From assembly GCA_051294905.1 (NCBI GenBank), contig CM119382.1, forward strand, positions 9,362,001 to 9,426,000: a stretch of 64,000 nt of DNA, in the 5' to 3' direction. Numbering within the stretch: the first letter of the stretch is position 1; each line of letters opens with the position of its first letter. This DNA is from Botryllus schlosseri (Eukaryota). Shown here in pieces: positions 63,901 to 64,000 of the stretch. The notes below the pieces were generated by a model. That model saw only the letters and a program-made list of their open reading frames with translations, was not told the origin of the DNA and did not search any database. Both the position numbers and the translations under genes were made by a program.

Positions 63901-63966
63901 ACGTCGCCCCAGCTCTTACTTCCAGATAATTTCTCAGCCCGACATCCATGTGGATTGAAGGCGGAT
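628..63966 (-). CDS. TTN: Titin/connectin orthologue, A-band segment (partial gene; 103 exons, 80 Ig/FN3 domains, D-zone to C-zone transition)
   Basis: Minus-strand ORF fragments carry FN3 motifs (W..P..DGG..I..Y.VEK, L.EG.EY.FRV.A.N..G) and I-set Ig motifs (G.P.P.V.W, D.G.Y...A.N..G). Exons join via GT/GC-AG with matching phases into one open frame. The order Ig-Fn2-Ig-Fn3 x4 then Ig-Fn2-Ig-Fn3-Ig-Fn3 matches vertebrate titin A-band super-repeats. Confidence 0.93.
1597..1808 (-). CDS. TTN: titin exon 102 (Fn78 end, Fn79 N)
   Basis: GLSKKSKM..ANFNK; phase 1-0. Confidence 0.9.
2711..3373 (-). CDS. TTN: titin exon 101 (Ig76 C, Fn77, Fn78)
   Basis: DDVAKLTL..AENIA; phase 1-1. Confidence 0.93.
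3426..3929. mobile_element. degenerate Charlie-like MITE
   Basis: Ends CAAGGGTTCCTAAAT / GGTTAAGAACCCCAG with internal GGACCC motifs; no TSD seen. Confidence 0.4.
3948..4065 (-). CDS. TTN: titin exon 100 (Ig76 middle)
   Basis: VGSDVTIE..NTSIS; phase 0-1. Confidence 0.87.
4225..4335 (-). CDS. TTN: titin exon 99 (Fn75 end, Ig76 start)
   Basis: NEIGLSHP..SIVQK; phase 0-0. Confidence 0.87.
4415..5006 (-). CDS. TTN: titin exon 98 (Ig73 end, Fn74, Fn75)
   Basis: YSVTATND..RVRAQ; phase 2-0. Confidence 0.92.
5332..5765 (-). CDS. TTN: titin exon 97 (Fn72 C, Ig73)
   Basis: VTGYVIEI..NDTGT; phase 0-2. Confidence 0.92.
6148..6321 (-). CDS. TTN: titin exon 96 (Fn71 end, Fn72 N)
   Basis: VFAENVEG..DGGSE; phase 0-0. 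Confidence 0.9.
6532..6790 (+). repeat. family E interspersed repeat (CAGAGGTGGTCAGTAA terminus)
   Basis: Terminal 20-mer recurs reverse-complemented at 8331-8353 and partly near 59705-59720; TACTT/GAGTA-rich interior. Confidence 0.5.
6990..7290 (-). CDS. TTN: titin exon 95 (Fn70 end, Fn71)
   Basis: VRAENKFG..EYEFR; phase 2-0. Confidence 0.92.
7779..8303 (+). mobile_element. family B MITE (GACTCGAGTC-rich)
   Basis: TIRs CAGGGTTGTAA / TTACATCCCTG; many TGACTCGAGTC palindromes; homologous to 9397-9899. Confidence 0.8.
8370..8661 (-). CDS. TTN: titin exon 94 (Ig69 end, Fn70)
   Basis: GQYILRAC..DYVFR; phase 1-2. Confidence 0.9.
8847..8956 (+). repeat. family A solo arm
   Basis: TTGTTGATATACAATGTTCTTTCCAATTCTCTACTAGTT..TTCAATATGAATATACCATTCAATTG then TA. 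Confidence 0.8.
9397..9899 (+). mobile_element. family B MITE with 8-bp TSD (hAT-type)
   Basis: TIRs CAGGGCTGTAA / TTACAACCTTG; flanks ATATTTAC / ATATATAC (7 of 8 match). Confidence 0.82.
10013..10288 (-). CDS. TTN: titin exon 93 (Fn68 end, Ig69)
   Basis: GSISDPSD..SRYDT; phase 1-1. Confidence 0.9.
10491..10703. mobile_element. family A MITE, paired inverted arms
   Basis: CATTGAATAGTATATTCATATTGAAATGAACCCGAATATTTTC and its reverse complement ~100 nt downstream. Confidence 0.75.
11060..11453 (-). CDS. TTN: titin exon 92 (Fn67 C, Fn68)
   Basis: KSSKVTIP..AKNMI; phase 0-1. Confidence 0.92.
11516..11955. mobile_element. hAT-type MITE (family D)
   Basis: TIR C(G/A)GGCA(T/C)GGTTATTTTT at both ends; perfect 8-bp TSD CTGTTAAC. 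Confidence 0.85.
12129..12434 (-). CDS. TTN: titin exon 91 (Fn66 C, Fn67 N)
   Basis: VWMNVSQD..STIWK; phase 0-0. Confidence 0.92.
12993..13225 (-). CDS. TTN: titin exon 90 (Ig65 C, Fn66 N)
   Basis: DCNVDDGG..EAVSQ; phase 1-0. Confidence 0.9.
13417..13618 (-). CDS. TTN: titin exon 89 (Ig65 N)
   Basis: VTAPEISE..LLTVK; phase 0-1. Confidence 0.88.
13681..13868 (-). CDS. TTN: titin exon 88 (Fn64 C)
   Basis: GYLVEFRE..LVKEE; phase 1-0. Confidence 0.9.
14094..14304 (-). CDS. TTN: titin exon 87 (Fn63 C, Fn64 N)
   Basis: VYNLNEGL..GSKVT; phase 0-1. Confidence 0.9.
14882..15146 (-). CDS. TTN: titin exon 86 (Ig62 C, Fn63 N)
   Basis: SDSGRYSI..QNTFK; phase 2-0. Confidence 0.92.
15243..15305 (-). 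repeat. family A solo arm fragment
   Basis: CGTCAGAAACTAGTAGAGAATTGGAAAGAACATTGTATATCAGCAATCG. Confidence 0.75.
15583..15737 (-). CDS. TTN: titin exon 85 (Ig62 middle)
   Basis: IKAGTTAK..NGANR; phase 0-2. Confidence 0.9.
15870..15993 (-). CDS. TTN: titin exon 84 (Fn61 end, Ig62 start)
   Basis: ISALNEAG..HKALK; phase 2-0. Confidence 0.88.
16058..16298 (-). CDS. TTN: titin exon 83 (Fn61, atypical)
   Basis: EPPIDPKV..EYRIR; phase 1-2. Confidence 0.88.
16481..17267. mobile_element. hAT/Charlie-like non-autonomous element
   Basis: Ends CAAGGATGTCAAAC / GTTTGACACCCCTG; flanks TGCTACAT / TACTACAC (6 of 8 match). Confidence 0.7.
17309..17484 (-). CDS. TTN: titin exon 82 (Fn60 C)
   Basis: HSNRWLLA..PAYPP; phase 2-1. 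Confidence 0.9.
17545..18339 (-). CDS. TTN: titin exon 81 (Fn57 end, Ig58, Fn59, Fn60 N)
   Basis: VSAKNAAG..QHRYK; phase 2-2. Confidence 0.93.
18623..18748 (+). repeat. family A solo arm
   Basis: Near-consensus arm CATATTTTGTGATACGATTGTTGATATAC..GAATATACTAC. Confidence 0.85.
18896..19016 (-). CDS. TTN: titin exon 80 (Fn57 middle)
   Basis: GYVIERRE..EYIFR; phase 1-2. Confidence 0.9.
19078..19288 (-). CDS. TTN: titin exon 79 (Fn56 C, Fn57 N), GC donor
   Basis: IFGLTESL..GSKII; phase 0-1, donor ATAG|GCACGA. Confidence 0.85.
19825..19840. repeat. (AG)8 microsatellite
   Basis: Direct inspection. Confidence 0.8.
19931..20028 (-). CDS. TTN: titin exon 78 (Fn56 middle)
   Basis: GSPIVGYH..SNFVK; phase 1-0. 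Confidence 0.88.
20094..20295 (-). CDS. TTN: titin exon 77 (Fn55 C, Fn56 N)
   Basis: VTQLGRDQ..PTNDG; phase 0-1. Confidence 0.9.
20893..21090 (-). CDS. TTN: titin exon 76 (Ig54 end, Fn55 N)
   Basis: VIVFDRPS..RTTLK; phase 0-0. Confidence 0.9.
21151..21335 (-). CDS. TTN: titin exon 75 (Ig54)
   Basis: GMPQPTVE..SSPVK; phase 1-0. Confidence 0.9.
21864..22075 (-). CDS. TTN: titin exon 74 (Fn53 C, Ig54 N)
   Basis: GEVKDLNE..VLPVS; phase 2-1. Confidence 0.9.
22135..22307 (-). CDS. TTN: titin exon 73 (Fn53 N)
   Basis: TPGPPQSV..TPNLT; phase 0-2. Confidence 0.88.
23148..24028 (-). CDS. TTN: titin exon 72 (Fn50, Ig51, Fn52; longest exon, 881 nt)
   Basis: DVPEPPGK..EPDFKLDADLRQTVTVRAGG..VRASE; phase 1-0. 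Confidence 0.93.
24806..24957 (-). CDS. TTN: titin exon 71 (Fn49 C)
   Basis: CNRVKITD..IRDPI; phase 2-1. Confidence 0.9.
25016..25166 (-). CDS. TTN: titin exon 70 (Fn49 N)
   Basis: STPGEPLE..LKWMR; phase 1-2. Confidence 0.9.
25226..25370 (-). CDS. TTN: titin exon 69 (Fn48 C)
   Basis: VGESGIKC..AEDKI; phase 0-1. Confidence 0.88.
25440..25757 (-). mobile_element. family B MITE, truncated, reverse orientation
   Basis: Reverse-complement match to the 7779 copy (e.g. CTTGGAAAATAGGGCCAGAA, CTTGTGACTTGG). Confidence 0.7.
25763..25945. repeat. degenerate telomere-like (TTAGGG/CCCTAA) tract
   Basis: GGGTTAGGG..GGTTAGGTTAAGGGTTAG followed by repeated AACCCTAA/AACCTCAA units. Confidence 0.6.
26066..26220 (-). 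CDS. TTN: titin exon 68 (Fn48 N)
   Basis: DKPDVISG..LMWTM; phase 1-0. Confidence 0.9.
26282..26461 (-). CDS. TTN: titin exon 67 (Ig47 C)
   Basis: VSWCLDEK..KIGVL; phase 1-1. Confidence 0.88.
26533..26640 (-). CDS. TTN: titin exon 66 (Ig47 N)
   Basis: EPPDVVID..KPAPK; phase 1-1. Confidence 0.88.
27103..27220 (-). CDS. TTN: titin exon 65 (Fn46 C)
   Basis: AVNLNPGG..CQEEY; phase 0-1. Confidence 0.88.
27285..27463 (-). CDS. TTN: titin exon 64 (Fn46 N), GC donor
   Basis: DPPTEVSA..DTEYK; phase 1-0, donor AAG|GCACTC. Confidence 0.85.
27559..27681 (-). CDS. TTN: titin exon 63 (Fn45 C)
   Basis: DTVIEGLS..ALDQI; phase 1-1. Confidence 0.9.
   Translation of the reverse strand, partial: TRSSKDCRKDCNINFESKLSIRLGCLFRRKQLCPYLHLTR
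27746..27919 (-). CDS. TTN: titin exon 62 (Fn45 N)
   Basis: KVPYAPAI..ETPRN; phase 1-1. Confidence 0.9.
28065..28271 (-). CDS. TTN: titin exon 61 (Fn44 C)
   Basis: GSQISNYI..AKYPF; phase 1-1. Confidence 0.9.
28593..28707 (+). repeat. family A solo arm, diverged
   Basis: CATATTTAGTGATATGATTGTTGATATACAAAG..GACGAGTGTCAGCC..TTTCAATATGAATATAG. Confidence 0.75.
28743..29127 (-). CDS. TTN: titin exon 60 (Ig43, Fn44 N)
   Basis: LIEPQFDL..PKEDG; phase 0-1. Confidence 0.9.
29187..29291 (-). CDS. TTN: titin exon 59 (Fn42 C)
   Basis: LTGLREDM..TAMEQ; phase 0-0 using donor CAA|GTAGGT. Confidence 0.87.
29800..30341 (-). CDS. TTN: titin exon 58 (Ig40 C, Fn41, Fn42 N)
   Basis: DQYMMCVA..KALSYK; phase 1-0. 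Confidence 0.92.
30863..31075 (-). CDS. TTN: titin exon 57 (Ig40 N)
   Basis: VSPSFELD..SRDDT; phase 1-1. Confidence 0.9.
31246..31405. mobile_element. family B MITE, internally deleted
   Basis: Perfect TIRs CAGGGTTGTAA / TTACAACCCTG around GACTC/GAGTC motifs. Confidence 0.75.
31543..31839 (-). CDS. TTN: titin exon 56 (Fn39, whole domain)
   Basis: YPPSSPRN..PKEVL; phase 1-1. Confidence 0.92.
32117..32310 (-). mobile_element. putative tRNA-derived SINE, copy 1
   Basis: Minus-strand B-box-like GGGTTCAATCCCCGG followed by ~180 nt homologous to 60030-60228; A-box not seen. Confidence 0.6.
32550..32852 (-). CDS. TTN: titin exon 55 (Fn38, whole domain)
   Basis: NIPDPPES..SQDPK; phase 1-1. Confidence 0.92.
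32984..33560. mobile_element. family A long-TIR MITE (full-length, ~130-bp inverted arms)
   Basis: Left arm 32984-33115 is the reverse complement of right arm 33432-33560; TA flanks at both ends. Confidence 0.8.
33243..33420. mobile_element. small hAT-type MITE nested in a family A element
   Basis: TIRs CATTGCTCCCTCTAA / TTAAAGGGAACATTG; flanks CCGGTGAC / CCGATGGC; empty site CCGGTGAC at 35483-35490. Confidence 0.8.
33682..33857 (-). CDS. TTN: titin exon 54 (Fn37 C)
   Basis: RESSNVTW..VKSPY; phase 2-1. Confidence 0.9.
33995..34210 (-). CDS. TTN: titin exon 53 (Ig36 C, Fn37 N)
   Basis: LCRKVDAG..NYVIEK; phase 2-2. Confidence 0.9.
34271..34472 (-). CDS. TTN: titin exon 52 (Ig36 N)
   Basis: VAPSIMLD..STLSKR; phase 1-2. 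Confidence 0.88.
34871..35007 (-). CDS. TTN: titin exon 51 (Fn35 C)
   Basis: NSDNSVTL..IKQEL; phase 2-1. Confidence 0.88.
35066..35222 (-). CDS. TTN: titin exon 50 (Fn35 N)
   Basis: DPPGKPEV..RVVSTR; phase 1-2. Confidence 0.9.
35327..35538. mobile_element. family A MITE, paired arms, right arm truncated
   Basis: Full left arm, spacer containing CATGCCGGTGAC, partial right arm. Confidence 0.75.
35802..35943 (-). CDS. TTN: titin exon 49 (Fn34 C)
   Basis: SLVKRREF..AREQC; phase 0-1. Confidence 0.88.
36054..36214 (-). CDS. TTN: titin exon 48 (Fn34 N)
   Basis: ATPVAPVD..WTKINK; phase 1-0. Confidence 0.9.
36279..36426 (-). CDS. TTN: titin exon 47 (Fn33 C)
   Basis: VLNGNVSR..ATHPF; phase 0-1. 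Confidence 0.9.
36485..36636 (-). CDS. TTN: titin exon 46 (Fn33 N)
   Basis: SHPSIPVGP..NHQGFK; phase 1-0. Confidence 0.9.
37121..37571. mobile_element. hAT/Charlie-like MITE
   Basis: Ends CAGTGGTTCTCA / TGAGAACCGCTC; flanks TACTAAAG / TACTAGAG (7 of 8 match). Confidence 0.8.
37600..37875 (-). CDS. TTN: titin exon 45 (Ig32)
   Basis: ESPTVKLP..QVEVL; phase 1-1. Confidence 0.9.
37950..38118 (-). CDS. TTN: titin exon 44 (Fn31 C)
   Basis: SESMDDW..VQEQI; phase 0-1. Confidence 0.88.
38699..38823 (-). CDS. TTN: titin exon 43 (Fn31 N)
   Basis: TEPGPVNK..SVEYK; phase 1-0. Confidence 0.88.
38882..39181 (-). CDS. TTN: titin exon 42 (Fn30, whole domain)
   Basis: DTPSPVKN..ARQPI; phase 1-1. Confidence 0.92.
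39240..39396 (-). CDS. TTN: titin exon 41 (Ig29 C)
   Basis: GSVLLLRA..NVKVL; phase 0-1. Confidence 0.85.
40035..40425 (-). CDS. TTN: titin exon 40 (Fn28, Ig29 N; D/C-zone boundary)
   Basis: STVTLTWD..IKWTKQ; phase 2-0. Confidence 0.9.
40839..41006 (-). CDS. TTN: titin exon 39 (Fn27 C, Fn28 start)
   Basis: IRVNQLSY..VTEITG; phase 2-2. Confidence 0.88.
41317..41500 (-). CDS. TTN: titin exon 38 (Fn27 N)
   Basis: NIPSQLAKP..PCKDT; phase 1-2. Confidence 0.88.
41568..41724 (-). CDS. TTN: titin exon 37 (Fn26 C)
   Basis: IWSVVTNA..AKSCI; phase 0-1. Confidence 0.9.
41785..41927 (-). CDS. TTN: titin exon 36 (Fn26 N)
   Basis: DKPGPCAG..CEATKM; phase 1-0. Confidence 0.9.
42056..42257 (-). CDS. TTN: titin exon 35 (Ig25 C)
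   Basis: ITGQPVPE..VNVTVI; phase 0-1. Confidence 0.9.
42616..42811 (-). CDS. TTN: titin exon 34 (Fn24 C, Ig25 N)
   Basis: LTDLEENC..ISISAC; phase 2-0. Confidence 0.88.
42869..43050 (-). CDS. TTN: titin exon 33 (Fn24 N)
   Basis: KPQPPQDI..LDCFYK; phase 0-2. Confidence 0.88.
43668..43801 (-). CDS. TTN: titin exon 32 (Fn23 C)
   Basis: GTKKMIRVP..VDPAK; phase 1-0. Confidence 0.85.
43861..44040 (-). CDS. TTN: titin exon 31 (Fn23 N)
   Basis: DKPGQCRN..TIVGPG; phase 1-1. Confidence 0.88.
44424..44791 (-). CDS. TTN: titin exon 30 (Fn21 end, Ig22)
   Basis: FRVLAVND..VEVCVL; phase 2-1. Confidence 0.9.
45228..45468 (-). CDS. TTN: titin exon 29 (Fn21)
   Basis: AVPSCPVN..EDFEYR; phase 1-2. Confidence 0.9.
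45553..45749 (-). CDS. TTN: titin exon 28 (Fn20 C)
   Basis: YIVERFD..ISRPL; phase 2-1. Confidence 0.9.
45930..46468. mobile_element. degenerate Charlie-like MITE
   Basis: Left end TAGTGGTTCCCAAACT; right end GCGGCACACTAATCTGCCACGGCGCACAGTTTTGGAATTACAG; TSD not clear. Confidence 0.5.
46633..46738 (-). CDS. TTN: titin exon 27 (Fn20 N)
   Basis: DIPSAPGKP..GSAVTG; phase 1-2. Confidence 0.9.
46803..46959 (-). CDS. TTN: titin exon 26 (Fn19 C)
   Basis: SWGLVSL..AKHAF; phase 0-1. Confidence 0.9.
47065..47455. mobile_element. degenerate Charlie-like MITE
   Basis: Ends CAATGCTTCCCAAAGT / ATATGGAAACCACTG; TSD not clear. Confidence 0.45.
47626..47768 (-). CDS. TTN: titin exon 25 (Fn19 N)
   Basis: DRPSAPTGP..KDTDTE; phase 1-0. 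Confidence 0.9.
47826..48068 (-). CDS. TTN: titin exon 24 (Ig18)
   Basis: VRSGESV..YITVL; phase 1-1. Confidence 0.9.
48427..48579 (-). CDS. TTN: titin exon 23 (Fn17 C, Ig18 start)
   Basis: NLKTDSLY..LEGLR; phase 1-1. Confidence 0.87.
48749..48844 (-). CDS. TTN: titin exon 22 (Fn17 middle)
   Basis: GYCVAYAE..HCNIT; phase 1-1. Confidence 0.82.
48907..49196 (-). CDS. TTN: titin exon 21 (Fn16 C, Fn17 N)
   Basis: IEKCSVES..GGSPIT; phase 2-1. Confidence 0.9.
49252..49448 (-). CDS. TTN: titin exon 20 (Ig15 C, Fn16 N)
   Basis: CRADSGKY..VISHYK; phase 0-2. Confidence 0.9.
49754..49959 (-). CDS. TTN: titin exon 19 (Ig15 N)
   Basis: NYPEIHP..VLKNA; phase 1-0. Confidence 0.88.
50542..50989 (-). CDS. 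TTN: titin exon 18 (Fn13 C, Fn14)
   Basis: DLINETRF..IKVND; phase 0-1. Confidence 0.92.
51901..52229 (-). CDS. TTN: titin exon 17 (Fn12 C, Fn13 N)
   Basis: DASRMMW..WARVTK; phase 1-0. Confidence 0.9.
52741..52866 (-). CDS. TTN: titin exon 16 (Fn12 N)
   Basis: DKPYPPQD..YVIEKR; phase 1-1. Confidence 0.9.
52926..53055 (-). CDS. TTN: titin exon 15 (Ig11 C)
   Basis: IKSTAESS..HLLIV; phase 0-1. Confidence 0.88.
53085..53193. mobile_element. family B fragment
   Basis: GACTTGGACTCGAGCC..CTCGAGTC..TTACAACTCT inside a 187-nt intron. Confidence 0.55.
53243..53700 (-). CDS. TTN: titin exon 14 (Fn10, Ig11 N)
   Basis: STPGRPEE..ESRFK; phase 1-0. Confidence 0.92.
53858..54085. mobile_element. family A MITE, paired inverted arms
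   Basis: CAATTGAATAGTAC.. left arm; ..CAATGTTCTTTCCAATTCTC..AATATTCGGG right arm. Confidence 0.75.
54317..54744 (+). mobile_element. hAT-type MITE, family C copy 1
   Basis: TIRs TAGGGCAAGTTTTTG / CAAAAACTTGCCCTA; perfect 8-bp TSD GTTATGAC on both sides; no ORF. Confidence 0.9.
55129..55237 (-). CDS. TTN: titin exon 13 (Fn9 C)
   Basis: GLIENESY..TRDPV; phase 0-1. Confidence 0.9.
55399..55592 (-). CDS. TTN: titin exon 12 (Fn9 N)
   Basis: DVPGSCVGP..RTSAVVQ; phase 1-0. Confidence 0.9.
55700..55843 (-). CDS. TTN: titin exon 11 (Ig8 C)
   Basis: GDNLPEE..ANITVH; phase 1-1. Confidence 0.85.
56098..56226 (-). CDS. TTN: titin exon 10 (Ig8 N)
   Basis: ELPQAKF..IVWTKD; phase 1-1. Confidence 0.88.
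56285..56455 (-). CDS. TTN: titin exon 9 (Fn7 C); acceptor position uncertain
   Basis: GEEDWIKV..VCVGITL; preferred acceptor cacacag, alternative at 56483. Confidence 0.7.
57202..57701 (-). CDS. TTN: titin exon 8 (Fn5 end, Fn6, Fn7 N); donor position uncertain
   Basis: AVNDYGSSE..VEKQLE; preferred donor G|GTAGCG, alternatives give exon ends at 57197 or 57175. Confidence 0.7.
59024..59252 (-). CDS. TTN: titin exon 7 (Fn5)
   Basis: GVPGPPCNP..EYVYRIR; phase 1-2. Confidence 0.9.
59317..59435. mobile_element. family B fragment (one end)
   Basis: CAGGGTTGTAATGACTCGAGTCATGACTCGACTC..GACTCGACTTGACTCGAG. Confidence 0.7.
59734..59870 (-). CDS. TTN: titin exon 6 (Ig4 C)
   Basis: SSIKSTSTT..IKVEVI; phase 2-1. 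Confidence 0.88.
60030..60228 (+). mobile_element. putative tRNA-derived SINE, copy 2
   Basis: Shares AGACCTGA.CAGTAA..TGGTATC.GTG.CTTCC, TGCAAGACTT and ATCA.GCACTC.TGGTATGCATA.GCACAGA with copy 1. Confidence 0.6.
60357..60495 (-). CDS. TTN: titin exon 5 (Ig4 N)
   Basis: VFPTIDAV..ELKNSDR; phase 1-2. Confidence 0.87.
60552..60697 (-). CDS. TTN: titin exon 4 (Fn3 C)
   Basis: CDETTSLEH..ECKDDI; phase 2-1. Confidence 0.88.
61670..61971 (-). CDS. TTN: titin exon 3 (Fn2 C, Fn3 N)
   Basis: VETTLSITE..EKAEWIK; phase 0-2. Confidence 0.9.
62298..62748 (-). mobile_element. hAT-type MITE, family C copy 2 (inverted relative to copy 1)
   Basis: Reverse-complement homology to 54317-54744 along its length; perfect 8-bp TSD GTCATAAC. 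Confidence 0.9.
62935..63267 (-). CDS. TTN: titin exon 2 (Ig1 C-half, Fn2 N-half)
   Basis: ISWKKDQ..DGRAWRK; phase 0-0. Confidence 0.9.
63421..63823 (-). mobile_element. family B MITE, reverse orientation
   Basis: Ends TTACAACCCTG; internal CTTGGAAAATAGGGCCAGGAACTGTTAAGACTGAGG shared with the 25440 copy. Confidence 0.75.
63860..63966 (-). CDS. TTN: titin exon 1 of window (Ig1 N-half)
   Basis: DPPSIHMDVG..GTPTPE; AG acceptor, GTGAGT donor. Confidence 0.85.
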
Positions 63967-64000
63967 CTTAAGAGACACCACGATCCATTTTGAACAGAGA

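Noticed and set aside
628-63966. Identity as twitchin, projectin or obscurin
   Set aside because: Those proteins lack alternating Fn2/Fn3 7- and 11-domain super-repeats, and motifs such as EPDFKLDADLRQTVTVRAGGSTRLFV resemble titin C-zone position-1 Ig domains.

Overview
Eukaryotic, AT-rich genomic window lying entirely inside one minus-strand gene. The gene is a titin (connectin) orthologue, probably from an invertebrate chordate such as an ascidian; the taxon is inferred from divergence, composition and ~60-nt mini-introns. By hand I chained 103 exons (23,567 nt, about 7,855 codons) into one stop-free reading frame encoding 80 Ig/FN3 domains. The domain order is four 7-domain super-repeats (Ig-Fn2-Ig-Fn3, D-zone type) followed by four complete and one partial 11-domain super-repeats (Ig-Fn2-Ig-Fn3-Ig-Fn3, C-zone type), so the window spans the A-band D-to-C-zone transition. 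Start and stop codons lie outside the window. Two mini-introns require non-consensus GC donors, and one junction (56.4-57.2 kb) has coding-like intron flanks and a possible decayed FN3 remnant. The larger introns carry many non-autonomous elements: several hAT-type MITEs with 8-bp TSDs (two copies share an identical target site; one is nested, with a matching empty site), a long-TIR hairpin MITE family with TA flanks, a putative tRNA-derived SINE and a telomere-like tract. I found no transposase ORF, RNA gene, CRISPR array or second gene. All coordinates were read manually and may be off by a few bases.
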